64,000 bases of DNA from Nitrospirota bacterium (GCA_963796285.1 CAWCKW010000013.1:256001-320000), one strand, 5' to 3'; shown: positions 1 through 10,108, numbered from the stretch's first letter. Notes: generated by a model not told the origin, from the sequence alone. Numbers and translations are program-made.

Positions 1-33
1 CTCGAAATCGTTATCAGAGCAATGTCGGATCAT
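1..33 (-). CDS. 5' end of a gene running off the window (MIRHCSDNDFE...), possibly a GNAT acetyltransferase
   Basis: ATG at 33 with upstream GGAGAGG; only 11 codons visible. Confidence 0.3.
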   Translation of the reverse strand, partial: MIRHCSDNDFE

Positions 34-146
34 GACCTCTCCGGTACCTTGTCCATCTCCCGGTAACGCCGCTTGCATGCAACCTGAAAACGGCAGTGAA
101 GCATGGTGGACAGATGGACGCCGGGGAAAACCCGGCGCACCGTAAG

Positions 147-184
147 AAAAAAAGGGTGAGCAGTCGATGAACGACTATTCACCC
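147..184 (-). terminator. Intrinsic terminator after pfk
   Basis: Minus strand GGGTGAATAGTCG/CGACTGCTCACCC stem followed by a T run. Confidence 0.75.
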
Positions 185-215
185 GTTACTTTCAACCCTT
201 CACCTCTCTTTGGAT

Positions 216-1451
216 CTATTCCACCGCAACGACGAACTTCTTCTTGAAATCCGCTGGGCTCATCTTTGCCGTTGCTGCGAGTTTGTTGAGATTCTCTCCT
301 TCCATGTCTTCCTTCTCGAGACGGATCATATACCGTCGCGCCATGTGGTAGTCATCGGCGGTCGTATCTACGACGCGGATGCGGGTCTTGCTTGTCTTGG
401 GGTCCAGGAGGTCCGCGAACTTGATCGGAAGACAGATTCCGTCCTTTAACATGATCATGGCGCCGGTGCCGCCCGCGATCAGGAACCGCACGGCGCTGTA
501 ACCCAGATAGCGCGTGTACTCGCGGTCAAAGGAGATGGGCGGATGGCAGCGAAGTTCATAGCCGATGTCCTTGGCAATGATGGTGGTCTTGAGCCCGAGG
601 GCTTTCAGCTCCGCCGTTACCCGCTGTTTCAGCATATCGCCCAGCGGCACCTCGGCGAGGCGAATGTTGCCGTGCTCGTCCTTCGGCACGTCCTTCATGA
701 TCGTCAGCTCCGCGGGATCGAACCGGATGGCAACACCCTCGGCGATCACGGCCACGCCGTAATCCCTGCCCGTGGCCATGCGCTTGATGATGGCCCCCGT
801 GAGGATGGCAACCACCTTGTTCAAGGAGATCTTGCTCCCGAGCTCCTCGGGAATGAGTGTCAGCGTCGCGCCGGCGCCCATTCCCATGCCGAGCGCCAGA
901 TGGCCGGCCGACCGGCCCATGGCCACAACGAAGTACCAGCGGAAAGCCGTCTTGGCGTCCTCCATCAGGTTTTCCACGAGCTGCGTACCCAGCTGCCGGG
1001 CCGTCTCGAACCCGAACGTCGGGACGCCGTGCGGAAGCGGCAGATCATTGTCGATGGTCTTCGGCACATGGCAGACAGCGATCTTACCTCCTGCCGCCTT
1101 CTCCACCTGCGTGGCGGTGAACGCCGTGTCGTCGCCGCCGATGGTGACGAGGTACTTGACGCCTAGCTCATTCAACGTCTTGATCACGTTGGCCATCTTG
1201 GCGGGATCCTTGGTGGGATTGTCCCGCGACGTGCGGATGATCGACCCGCCGCGCGTGTGGATGCGCGAGATCTCCTCGGGGTGCAGGATCCTGATATGCG
1301 ACGCGTCCCCTTTGCCGAGCCACTTGAATCCGTCGTAGATGCCGACCACTTCCAGTCCCTGCTTCACCGCTTCGAACGTGACCGCGCTGATCACCCCGTT
1401 GATGCCGGGAGCGGGTCCCCCGCCGATAACTATTGCAAGTTTTTCTCCCAT
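216..1451 (-). CDS. pfp: Phosphofructokinase, probably PPi-dependent
   Basis: GGGPAPG, GGDDT, PKTIDND, MGR and GYELR motifs; the GGDD plus PKTIDND combination is the PPi-type signature. Confidence 0.9.
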   Translation of the reverse strand: MGEKLAIVIGGGPAPGINGVISAVTFEAVKQGLEVVGIYDGFKWLGKGDASHIRILHPEEISRIHTRGGSIIRTSRDNPTKDPAKMANVIKTLNELGVKYLVTIGGDDTAFTATQVEKAAGGKIAVCHVPKTIDNDLPLPHGVPTFGFETARQLGTQLVENLMEDAKTAFRWYFVVAMGRSAGHLALGMGMGAGATLTLIPEELGSKISLNKVVAILTGAIIKRMATGRDYGVAVIAEGVAIRFDPAELTIMKDVPKDEHGNIRLAEVPLGDMLKQRVTAELKALGLKTTIIAKDIGYELRCHPPISFDREYTRYLGYSAVRFLIAGGTGAMIMLKDGICLPIKFADLLDPKTSKTRIRVVDTTADDYHMARRYMIRLEKEDMEGENLNKLAATAKMSPADFKKKFVVAVE

Positions 1452-1783
1452 GATCGCCTCCTGATCGGTCCTTCCTGATGGTTACGTCTGCTTCCGGTCC
1501 TTCTGTTCCACATCCCGCGCAAATGTAGCAAAACAAAGGGTACTTGTCAACCCTGAAACAGGCGCCGGGCCGATTCAATGGGGAACGCCGGTTTATTCAT
1601 TTTTTCAGACCGGTTGTCCGGATTTGTCATCCGGCCCCTGTGTCAATCTTGGATCGCCGTGTACAACGCGCGCGACTGAACAAAAATCGGTTGACACCTT
1701 CCGTCTAACACGCTATTATTTGCAGGCTACCAGCGCGGCAGTGCTGAGCGGGCATCCATTCTTTTTTTATAAGGGAGACCGGT

Positions 1784-2260
1784 ATGAACACCTATTCGAT
1801 CGATGAAATCATTGAGATGGCGATCCGGACGGAAACGCTCGGGTATCAATTCTACACCACTATGGCAGATAAGTTCAAGAAGGACGAAGGCCTTGCCAAG
1901 CTTTTTACCACCCTGGCTTCGAAGGAAAAGGTTCATGAGAAGGTCTTTACCGAACTGAAGACGATGGTCGCGAAGAAAGGGGCCGAGCCGGTCGAGTGGG
2001 AAGAGGTGAGCAATTACATGCGGGCCTTTGTCGAATCTGAATTTTTCCTCGGCAAGGGCAAGGCCCTTCCGGCCATGGACCATGTAAAGACCGTGCAGGA
2101 TGCAGCAAAATTCGCGATGGGGTTCGAAAAAGAGACGCTGCTCTACTTCCATGAGCTGCGGGACATCGTGAGAGAGAAAGAGATCGTCGACCAGGTCATC
2201 AACGAGGAAAAAAGCCACATCCGCTGGCTCGGTGCGTTCCTGGAGGGTCTGGGGAAATAA
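1784..2260 (+). CDS. Ferritin-like / rubrerythrin-family protein
   Basis: Duplicated E...FY...ExxH di-iron helices (EKVH, EEKSH). Confidence 0.85.
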   Translation: MNTYSIDEIIEMAIRTETLGYQFYTTMADKFKKDEGLAKLFTTLASKEKVHEKVFTELKTMVAKKGAEPVEWEEVSNYMRAFVESEFFLGKGKALPAMDHVKTVQDAAKFAMGFEKETLLYFHELRDIVREKEIVDQVINEEKSHIRWLGAFLEGLGK

Positions 2261-2284
2261 CAAACGGATCTAACCGTCGACATC

Positions 2285-2358
2285 CACCCCGGGGACACGG
2301 AGAAAAGCACGCTGAAGCTGACGGGTTTCTGCTCCGTGCCCTCCGCGCCTCCGGGGTG
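2285..2358. repeat. Inverted 8-mer-array element (CACGGAG family)
   Basis: CACCCCGGGGACACGGAG ... CTCCGTGCCCTCCGCGCCTCCGGGGTG. Confidence 0.7.
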
Positions 2359-2471
2359 AAAACCCGCATTTAAGTGCTCATCATAAATTGACTTTCACCG
2401 CCCTTTCGGTTACAATTCCGCTCGTTCTGCTTTGCTGTTCCATCTATTTTTTTACTTCTGGAGGACATGCT

Positions 2472-4031
2472 GTGGCCAAAGTAACGCGCGCGCTGATCAG
2501 TGTTTCGCACAAGGAAGGCATCCTCGATTTTGCGAAGGGGATCGAAAAACTCGGCATTGAGATACTGTCCACGGGCGGAACGGCAAAGATGCTCCGCGAT
2601 GCCGGGGTCAAGGTCAAGGACGTATCGGAGTTCACGGGGTTCCCCGAGATGCTCGACGGCAGGGTCAAGACCCTGCACCCCAAAGTGCATGGAGGGATCC
2701 TCGGCAGGCGCGGCAATCCCGAACATGTAAAACAGATGAACCAGCACGGCATCGAGCCCATCGACCTGGTGGTCGTGAACCTCTACCCCTTTGAGCAGAC
2801 CGTTGCCAAACCCGGTTGTACGCTCGAGGACGCGATCGAGAACATCGACATCGGCGGCCCGACCATGCTGCGTTCCGCTGCCAAGAACTATACTGACGTA
2901 GCCGTGGTCGTGTCGCCCCGTGACTACGACCGCGTGCTCGACGAGCTCCGGAAGCACGGCGAGGTGTCCGCGAAAACGCGCTTCGAACTCTGCCGAACCG
3001 TTTTCCTCCACACCGCACGCTACGACAGCGCGATCTCGGCCTGGCTCGACAGCCAGGTCCCGACGGACGAGAAGACCCGCTTCCCCAACATCCTCACGCT
3101 CCAGTTTGAGAAGGTGCAGAACCTGCGCTATGGCGAGAACCCGCACCAGCAGGGCGCCTTCTACAGGGAATTCGGGCGCAGGGAGCCGAGCGTTGCTCAC
3201 GCAAGGCAGCTGCAGGGAAAAGAAATGTCCTTCAACAACTTCCTCGATGCCAACAGCGCGCTCGAACTTGCGAAAGAGTATGATCGGCCAGCCGCGATCA
3301 TTGTAAAGCACAACAACCCCTGCGGCGCGGCCACGGCAGCAACGCCCGTGGAGGCCTATCGCAACGCGCGTGACTGCGACCCGGTCTCGGCCTTCGGCGG
3401 CGTGATCGCCTTTAACCGCATGGTTGACCTGGATGCCGCCAAAGAGATCGCGGCCACGTTCGTGGAAGTCGTGGTGGCGCCCGAATACGCGCCTGATGCG
3501 CTCGAAGAGCTCAAAAGGAAAAAGGACCTGCGGCTCCTCGACATCGGGCCCACGGTGACAGGCGCTCCCGAAGGTATGGACATGAAAAAAATCGTCGGCG
3601 GGCTTATCTATCAGGACCGCGACCTCGGCCGGATCGCCGACGTCAGGAAGCTGACCGTTGCGACCGCGCGGAAACCCACGGATGACGAATACGAGGCGCT
3701 CGCCTTCGCCTGGCGGGTCTGCAAACACGTAAAGTCGAATGCCATCGTCTTTACTACGAAAGACCGGACCATCGGCATCGGGGCCGGCCAGATGAGCCGT
3801 CTTGATTCGGTGCGTATCGCTGTGATGAAGGCGCGATTCCCGCTCAAGGGGACCGTGCTCGCGTCTGATGCCTTCTTCCCCTTCCGCGACGGACTCGATG
3901 AGGCCGCGAAGGCCGGCATAACTGCGGTAATCCAGCCCGGCGGGTCGCTCAAGGACGAAGAGGTGATCAAAGCGGCGGATGAACATGGCATTGCCATGGT
4001 CATGACGGGGATGCGGCATTTCAGGCATTGA
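2472..4031 (+). CDS. purH: Bifunctional AICAR transformylase/IMP cyclohydrolase
   Basis: RALISVS, GRVKTLHP, IDIGGP, LRYGENPHQ, KHNNPCG, SDAFFPF, MRHFRH; GTG start after GGAGG. Confidence 0.98.
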   Translation: MAKVTRALISVSHKEGILDFAKGIEKLGIEILSTGGTAKMLRDAGVKVKDVSEFTGFPEMLDGRVKTLHPKVHGGILGRRGNPEHVKQMNQHGIEPIDLVVVNLYPFEQTVAKPGCTLEDAIENIDIGGPTMLRSAAKNYTDVAVVVSPRDYDRVLDELRKHGEVSAKTRFELCRTVFLHTARYDSAISAWLDSQVPTDEKTRFPNILTLQFEKVQNLRYGENPHQQGAFYREFGRREPSVAHARQLQGKEMSFNNFLDANSALELAKEYDRPAAIIVKHNNPCGAATAATPVEAYRNARDCDPVSAFGGVIAFNRMVDLDAAKEIAATFVEVVVAPEYAPDALEELKRKKDLRLLDIGPTVTGAPEGMDMKKIVGGLIYQDRDLGRIADVRKLTVATARKPTDDEYEALAFAWRVCKHVKSNAIVFTTKDRTIGIGAGQMSRLDSVRIAVMKARFPLKGTVLASDAFFPFRDGLDEAAKAGITAVIQPGGSLKDEEVIKAADEHGIAMVMTGMRHFRH

Positions 4032-4327
4032 TCTAAAAAAAAGGATGCGATCCTTCTCACTCGGGGAGAAACAGTCAACTTCTTTGACCCCGAGTTACCC
4101 CGGGTGGGTAAAGCGCGATTACGGGGTGAATCCGGATTTGATTATGGAGGATCACGTTTTTCATCATTTAATCCCGTTGGAAATATCGCAGTACAGTCCT
4201 CGATGTGCATCGCACGGTTCAGCCTGCTGTCGGAAGCATCTGAAAGGGGTCAATCCACCCCTATCCACGTCAAGGACTGAGACTTGGATTCATTTCTTCC
4301 GGCTTACTCGGGTTAGGTGAAGTGCTC

Positions 4328-4900
4328 ATGAAAAAAGCATTTATCATGGCTGCCCTCTGCTTATTCCTTCTTACATGTGGATGCCGGAAAACAGGGACAC
4401 GGAAGGCCCCTCATGTTCCCGTGGCAACAGAACCGGCAATGCAGCATGGAGAATTGCAGTCGCCGTATTACTCGGGTCTCATCGAAGAATACCGAAGGAT
4501 CCTTGCGGAAGATCCGAACAGCCTCGCGGCGATCACCGCCCTCGGCAATGCCTACTTCGATAACGGTCAGTGGAAAGATGCGATCACGATATACGAACAT
4601 GCACTCCTCATCAACCCGGGGGACGCGGACGTGCGAACAGACCTGGGGACGGCCTACCGGAATATTGGAATGGCGGACCGCGCGCTTGCCGAATACCGTA
4701 TTGCGCTCAAACATGATCCCGGACACTTAAATGCGCGATACAACACAGGGGTCGTTTATGCCATGAATAAAAAAAATTACAGGGAAGCGATCCGCATTTG
4801 GGAAGATCTTCTGAAAATCGCTCCGAATTATCCCCAGGCTGAACAGATGAGGTCCATGATCATGACCTTTAACAAAGCACCCAAGAAGGATATCCGATGA
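4328..4900 (+). CDS. TPR-repeat lipoprotein
   Basis: Signal peptide with Cys; TPR-like helices (LGNAYFD, LGTAYRN, YNTGVVY). Confidence 0.8.
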   Translation: MKKAFIMAALCLFLLTCGCRKTGTRKAPHVPVATEPAMQHGELQSPYYSGLIEEYRRILAEDPNSLAAITALGNAYFDNGQWKDAITIYEHALLINPGDADVRTDLGTAYRNIGMADRALAEYRIALKHDPGHLNARYNTGVVYAMNKKNYREAIRIWEDLLKIAPNYPQAEQMRSMIMTFNKAPKKDIR

Positions 4901-5160
4901 TCCGCTTTTTATTGTTTTTTTTCGTCATTTTGTTGATCTATTCCGCGCTCAAGACCGTGGTCCGGTCAGCGGTCAAAGGTTACCGCGAGGATGAAAAAGG
5001 GCGAAGCAAGCGTATCCTGGGTGATGAAATGGTGCTGGACCCCGAGTGTCATACCTATGTGGTAAAGGACCGCGCAGTGACCCGGCACATCCGGGGCACG
5101 CTCACCCACTTCTGCAGCGACGCCTGCGCCCGGCAGTATGAGGACAAGAACCGCTCGTGA
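4897..5160 (+). CDS. Small membrane-anchored TRASH/YHS-like metal-binding protein
   Basis: N-terminal TM helix; DPEC...FCSDAC motif. Confidence 0.75.
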   Translation: MIRFLLFFFVILLIYSALKTVVRSAVKGYREDEKGRSKRILGDEMVLDPECHTYVVKDRAVTRHIRGTLTHFCSDACARQYEDKNRS

Positions 5161-5174
5161 TCACGGGTGCATGA

Positions 5175-5804
5175 ATGGTCCCTATGCTAAGGAATAGTAG
5201 TTTTACTCTCAGGCTCCTTGCCGCGTTTCTGCTGCTCAGCTGTATTTCTCCGGCTCCTGAGACGCCGACCGGAAAAAGAAACTCCCAGGCGTCCCTGCTC
5301 TCGTCGATCACCGGTGTGCTCAAACTCGTTATCAGGAAATCCCGGTATTCCGTAACCCTGTATAAAGGCGAGATGCCCGTGAAAACGTATCGGGCGGTAT
5401 TCGGCAAGGGCTACCCAAACGGTGATAAACAAATGCAAGGTGACCAGCGGACGCCGGAAGGAGAGTTCTACATCTGCGCCATGAACGACAGCAAGCGGTT
5501 CTATAAGTTCATGGGACTCAGCTACCCGGGTTTGAAACACGCGGGGGCCGGACTCCGGTCCGGGATGATCTCTCCCCATGAATATGCGATGATCAAGAAG
5601 GCGATCGAGGAACGGCTGCCGCCACCGTGGGGTACGCGGCTCGGCGGGGCCGTGGGGATCCACGGGAGAACGGTGGAAACCGGGAACGCGCAGACGTCTG
5701 TCGGCAAAAACTGGACCGACGGCTGCATCGCCCTTGCCAATGCCGATATTGACGAGATCTATGCGGCAGTGTCCATCGGCACGCCGGTGACGATCCTGCC
5801 ATGA
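5175..5804 (+). CDS. L,D-transpeptidase (YkuD family)
   Basis: GDQRTPEG and IHG...WTDGCIA catalytic motif. Confidence 0.9.
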   Translation: MVPMLRNSSFTLRLLAAFLLLSCISPAPETPTGKRNSQASLLSSITGVLKLVIRKSRYSVTLYKGEMPVKTYRAVFGKGYPNGDKQMQGDQRTPEGEFYICAMNDSKRFYKFMGLSYPGLKHAGAGLRSGMISPHEYAMIKKAIEERLPPPWGTRLGGAVGIHGRTVETGNAQTSVGKNWTDGCIALANADIDEIYAAVSIGTPVTILP

Positions 5805-7054
5805 AACAGACCCAACCTGAACCCGGCCGCCGTTACCCCCTTCTCGAAAAGTATCGAAAGGAAATGTCCCGCTGCGTCAAGTGCGGTTCCTGTAGCGCCG
5901 TCTGTCCATCGTACCTGCACGAACGCGATGAGTCGTTCTCGGCCCGCGGCAGGATGACGCTCATCAAAGCGGTATTGGATGGACGGCTCTCCTTCTCCGG
6001 GATCATCAAAGACCGCCTGAAAACGTGCACAAACTGTCTGGCCTGTGAAGCCTCTTGCCCGAGCAATGTGCCCGTGACGGATATCATCCAGGCTGCTAAA
6101 GAACAGGCGGTAGCCGAATCAGGCATTGGGATGCTCAACAGCGTAATCGCCACACTGATGAAGCAGCCTGCCTTGTTTCGCGCCGCTGCGTGGCTGGCGC
6201 CGGCTGTGCTTCATTACTCAAAAAATCAGGGGTCACGAGGAGCGCGCGAACGCTCAATGTTCAACGTTCAACGTCCAAAGGAAACCCGGAGGAGAGGCAG
6301 GGTTGCTTTTTTCCCCGGGTGCGCGGTTGACTATTTTCAGCCGGACATTGGTAAGGCGGTGATTGGCGTCCTGAGCGCGATCGGATACGACGTGATCGTG
6401 CCAGAAGGCCTCAAGTGCTGCGGCAGACCGCTTCTGTCGCTCGGCGACCGACGAGGGGCGGAAGAGCTTGCTGCATACAACGCCGCGCTCTTTGAAGCCC
6501 TTGAGGTGGACACGATCGTCACCGCCTGCGCCTCCTGCGGCTTGACTTTTAAAAAGGAATATCCTTCACTTCTCCGGCCCGGCGCGAAGACGCCGGTCGT
6601 GCTCGATATCAATGAATTTCTGTCTGGCCGGATCGCAGGGATCGATCTTAACCCGGTACGTAAAAGCGTAACGATCCACGACCCGTGCCACCTCGGCAGA
6701 GGTCAGGGTCTGTCGCGGACGGTGCGGAACCTGCTTCAGGCCATCCCCGGCATTTCTCTCGTGGAGATGAAGGATGCGGACCGCTGCTGCGGATTCGGCG
6801 GGGTGATGCGGGTAACCCATAGGGCGCTCTCCGATGGTATTGCAGCGGACAAGGTAAATAATATTATTGCGACCCGCGCTGCTGTGGTTGCCACGGGCTG
6901 TCCCGGTTGTTGCATGCAGATCGCAGATGCGCTGAGGCGACAGGGTTCCGAAATCGAAGTGCTACACCCGGTGCAGCTGTTGGAAGAAGCCCTTTCGAGT
7001 GCGGAATTGGAATCGACTGGGCCGCGGATCAAGGAACCAGGGTCCGGGAAATAA
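5801..7054 (+). CDS. Fe-S oxidoreductase, GlcF/CCG-domain family
   Basis: Two CxxCxxCxxxCP clusters and two CCG motifs; HDPCHL. Confidence 0.9.
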   Translation: MKQTQPEPGRRYPLLEKYRKEMSRCVKCGSCSAVCPSYLHERDESFSARGRMTLIKAVLDGRLSFSGIIKDRLKTCTNCLACEASCPSNVPVTDIIQAAKEQAVAESGIGMLNSVIATLMKQPALFRAAAWLAPAVLHYSKNQGSRGARERSMFNVQRPKETRRRGRVAFFPGCAVDYFQPDIGKAVIGVLSAIGYDVIVPEGLKCCGRPLLSLGDRRGAEELAAYNAALFEALEVDTIVTACASCGLTFKKEYPSLLRPGAKTPVVLDINEFLSGRIAGIDLNPVRKSVTIHDPCHLGRGQGLSRTVRNLLQAIPGISLVEMKDADRCCGFGGVMRVTHRALSDGIAADKVNNIIATRAAVVATGCPGCCMQIADALRRQGSEIEVLHPVQLLEEALSSAELESTGPRIKEPGSGK

Positions 7055-7074
7055 CGAACAAGAAGGGACAGCTC

Positions 7075-7282
7075 ATTAAATTTTGTATCGAAACAGCGAA
7101 CATACGGGATCCGCGAGGCAGCAAGCCTCGGCGTAGTTGATGGAGTGACCACCAAGCCCTCAGCTTATTGCCAAAGAGGGCAGGGGCTTCAAATAGGTGA
7201 TCGATAAGTGGTGACGCATCCGCTCACGGACAGCGGCATCGAGAAGTTCCTGGCGGACTGGAAAAAGCTGGAGAAGAAGTAG
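7075..7282 (+). pseudogene. Transaldolase/fructose-6-phosphate aldolase remnant with a large internal deletion and frameshifts
   Basis: Fragments IKFCIETANI, IREAASLGVVDGVTTKPS, LIAKEG and HPLTDSGIEKFLADWKKLEKK* match the N- and C-termini of FSA/TalC. Confidence 0.85.
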
Positions 7283-7292
7283 AATTATTTTG

Positions 7293-7361
7293 CCACGGAT
7301 GGACGCGGATAAAAGCACCTCATTTTTTTCTTGATCGGACTTTAGCCGTGTTCACCTGTGG
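7293..7361. repeat. Degenerate inverted-array element (CCACGGAT family)
   Basis: CCACGGATGGACGCGGAT ... CCGTGTTCACCTGTGG. Confidence 0.55.
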
Positions 7362-7378
7362 TCAGAGAAAGGCCTACT

Positions 7379-7606
7379 ATGCCTATCTACGAATATCACT
7401 GCAACGCCTGCGGCGCTGAATTCGAAAAGCTTGTCTTCGGGTCGACCGCGGAGGTCTCATGCGAGACGTGCGGGTCGAAGAACACGGGCAAGCTCTTGTC
7501 GCGCTTCGGCATGGGCAGGTCCTCGGGCGGGTCTTCGGCAGGCGCAACGAGCGGCAGCTCGGGTTGCGGCGGCTGTTCATCGTCGTCCTGTGCGGGCTGC
7601 AAATGA
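7379..7606 (+). CDS. FmdB-family zinc-ribbon protein
   Basis: MPIYEYHCNACG...CETCGS with a Cys/Gly/Ser tail. Confidence 0.9.
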   Translation: MPIYEYHCNACGAEFEKLVFGSTAEVSCETCGSKNTGKLLSRFGMGRSSGGSSAGATSGSSGCGGCSSSSCAGCK

Positions 7607-7813
7607 TCGCATCACGGACCCTGGGAGGTTGGTACACGACGTTAGCCACCCCCTAGTGATATGAAACGCATTGCACGGAATCCGGTGTTGACCCGCAAGT
7701 ACCCGAAAAAATTACATTCAGCTGTTAATTTTTGTATTGACGAGGAGGGTATCGAAGGGGTACCATGTTCTCACCTGTCGTTCAGGTATTTTATCGTTTC
7801 TAAAAAAGAATTC

Positions 7814-8500
7814 ATGTCATTTATATTATTTCTTGCAGCCGGATTCATACTTGTCCCTTCTTTTGCCTTCGCATGGGGTCCCATGACCCATATGTATCTC
7901 GGCAATGAAATCCTTTCGTGCGCTCCTTTATTACCCGCAGGAATACTGGCACTCCTCAAAAAGCATAAACAGGATTTTCTGTACGGCAATCTCATGGCCG
8001 ACATGATCCTCGGGAAGAAATACCTGCCCGAGGACAAGAGCTCGCACTCCTGGGATGTCGGGCTGAAGCTCCTGGACCAGGCAAAGACCTGGCCCGAGCG
8101 GGCATTTGCCTACGGCTTCCTGGGGCACCTTGCCGCCGACACCGTGGCGCATGAAACCCTCACGGATGAGATGGGAAATATGGGGCATACGTGGATCGAG
8201 TTGAAAGCGGACAGCCTCATCGACAAGACCTACTGGCTCCAGACCGTCATGATCAGCAAAAAGGTCAAGAAGCGGAGCCACTTGCTGCTCGAGAATTCCC
8301 TGGACCGCTACATGTTCTCCTTCAATACCAACAAGCGGATCTACAAGAGCATGGTGTTCCTCTCGTTCCTGAACAAGAAGAGAAGAAGCGGCGTTGACAG
8401 GGCACTTATCCATGAACTCCACGAAGAGTCCCTTGCGCGCATGCTCGACCTGCTCCAGAACGGCACCGAGTCCGAGGTGCTGAACAAGAACCCGCTCTGA
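7814..8500 (+). CDS. Zinc-dependent phospholipase C family protein
   Basis: Signal peptide ending AFA-W then WGPMTH; HLAADTVAH. Confidence 0.8.
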   Translation: MSFILFLAAGFILVPSFAFAWGPMTHMYLGNEILSCAPLLPAGILALLKKHKQDFLYGNLMADMILGKKYLPEDKSSHSWDVGLKLLDQAKTWPERAFAYGFLGHLAADTVAHETLTDEMGNMGHTWIELKADSLIDKTYWLQTVMISKKVKKRSHLLLENSLDRYMFSFNTNKRIYKSMVFLSFLNKKRRSGVDRALIHELHEESLARMLDLLQNGTESEVLNKNPL

Positions 8501-8596
8501 CCGCGCGCAGAACTCCGCATTCGATCCTTTTCGTTACGCGTTTATTCTTCTATCATGTCAGTATCGATCTGCTATCAAGCCGAAGGAGAGGCACGT

Positions 8597-9079
8597 ATGG
8601 ACATGACTACCGTAACGGTTGATATTCCTGAAGGCTGCAACATCATCCTCGGTCAGACTCACTTTATCAAAACCGCAGAAGACCTGTACGAGATCATCGC
8701 GACGACCGTCCCTCAGGCAAAGTTCGGCATTGCTTTTACCGAAGCGTCCGGCCCCTGCCTCATCCGCACCGAAGGGAACGACGAGGAACTCATTACCGCC
8801 TGCGTGAAAACACTTCAGTCCGTCGGCGCTGGCCACGTATTCTGCATCTATCTCAAGAACGCCTTCCCCGTCAACATCCTCACGCCGATCAAGAACTGTC
8901 CCGAGGTCTGCCGTATCTTCTGCGCCACGGCGAACCCCCTCGAAGTAGTGGTTGCGACAACAGCCCAGGGCAAGGGCATCCTCGGCGTGATCGATGGTTT
9001 CTCACCGAAAGGCGTGGAGGCACCGGCTGACAGGGCGCAGCGGAAAGAATTCCTGCGGAAGATCGGGTACAAGCTGTGA
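8597..9079 (+). CDS. Adenosine-specific kinase family protein
   Basis: NIILGQTHFIKT, FTEASGPCL, CATANP, GVIDG. Confidence 0.88.
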   Translation: MDMTTVTVDIPEGCNIILGQTHFIKTAEDLYEIIATTVPQAKFGIAFTEASGPCLIRTEGNDEELITACVKTLQSVGAGHVFCIYLKNAFPVNILTPIKNCPEVCRIFCATANPLEVVVATTAQGKGILGVIDGFSPKGVEAPADRAQRKEFLRKIGYKL

Positions 9080-9273
9080 TATTAAATAAAAACCTGCAAT
9101 GTCCTGCGAAGGGTTTCATCGCGCCTTTTAGCATAATACATCCTGCTTGGATGCGTCTCTTGATGTAAAAACCCGCTTGATTAATTCCGCCAAAGGCGGT
9201 AAACTGCATGGACTTAAATCATGATTCACCAGACGATGGCCTGAATCAAATCAAATAAATAGGGAGCAAAAAA

Positions 9274-10050
9274 ATGAAACGATTTTCTGGATTTGCTGCA
9301 TTATGTGTAGTTATCGCCATGTTGGCCTTTTCCGCTGTCTCTGCTTTGGCTATCACGGATAAACCTTCACCAATGCCGACGCCGGAGGTGAAAGCGACAA
9401 AAGCACAAACTGCTTCCGATACCTCTTCCCTTTCGGGAAAGGTTGTGGAAACAATGAATTCCGGCGGGTACACCTACGTCCGCCTTGAGAAAAAAGGAAA
9501 GAAGACGTGGGTAGCTGTACCGCAGATGAAGGTCTCAGTGGGTCAGCAGATGTCATTACAGCCTGGCCAGGAGATGGTAAATTTTACGAGCAAATCGCTC
9601 GGCAGGACGTTCGACTCGATCATCTTCTCAGGCGGTCCAACATCAGCTTCGCAGTCCGCGAGCAGCAATGAGAAGGGAGTCAAGAAGGCCGCAGGTAGCA
9701 AGGCGGCCTCTCCCCCTGCCAAGGACATAAAGGTGGCAAAGGCAACGGGTCCGGACGCTTATACTGTCGGTGAAATATTCGAGAAACGAACCGCATTGCA
9801 TGAAAAAACCGCCGTGGTCAAGGGGAAGGTTGTAAAGGTATCCGCCGGGATCATGGGAAAGAACTGGATCCATCTGCAGGACGGTACCGGAGATCCGAAA
9901 CAGGGCACCAACGACCTGGTGGCCACCTCCAATGACAGCCCCTCCCTGGGAGATGTTATAACGGTCAAGGGTACTATCTTTAAGGACAAGGACTTCGGGG
10001 CCGGCTATAAGTATTCCGTGATAATGGAAAAGGCGAGTATTCAACGCTGA
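9274..10050 (+). CDS. Exported tandem OB-fold protein (NrfJ-like)
   Basis: Signal peptide; GKVVETMNSGGYTY, WVAVP, IMGKNWIHLQDG, KDFGAGY. Confidence 0.7.
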   Translation: MKRFSGFAALCVVIAMLAFSAVSALAITDKPSPMPTPEVKATKAQTASDTSSLSGKVVETMNSGGYTYVRLEKKGKKTWVAVPQMKVSVGQQMSLQPGQEMVNFTSKSLGRTFDSIIFSGGPTSASQSASSNEKGVKKAAGSKAASPPAKDIKVAKATGPDAYTVGEIFEKRTALHEKTAVVKGKVVKVSAGIMGKNWIHLQDGTGDPKQGTNDLVATSNDSPSLGDVITVKGTIFKDKDFGAGYKYSVIMEKASIQR

Positions 10051-10075
10051 CCCCGGGGATAAGAAGATAATATCC

Positions 10076-10108
10076 AAAAGCCCCGTGCCGTGCGCGGGGC
10101 TTTTTTTT
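10076..10108 (+). terminator. Intrinsic terminator
   Basis: AAAAGCCCCGTGC/GCGCGGGGCTTTTTTTT. Confidence 0.85.

Noticed and set aside
2370-4028. Long antisense ORFs (also 45185-46456, 50196-51323, 56348-57724 and others)
   Set aside because: They are shadows of well-recognised genes on the opposite strand in GC-rich DNA, with no motifs of their own.
9160-9252. Weak FNR-like half sites upstream of the OB-fold gene
   Set aside because: Several mismatches to TTGAT-N4-ATCAA in AT-rich DNA; not distinguishable from chance.
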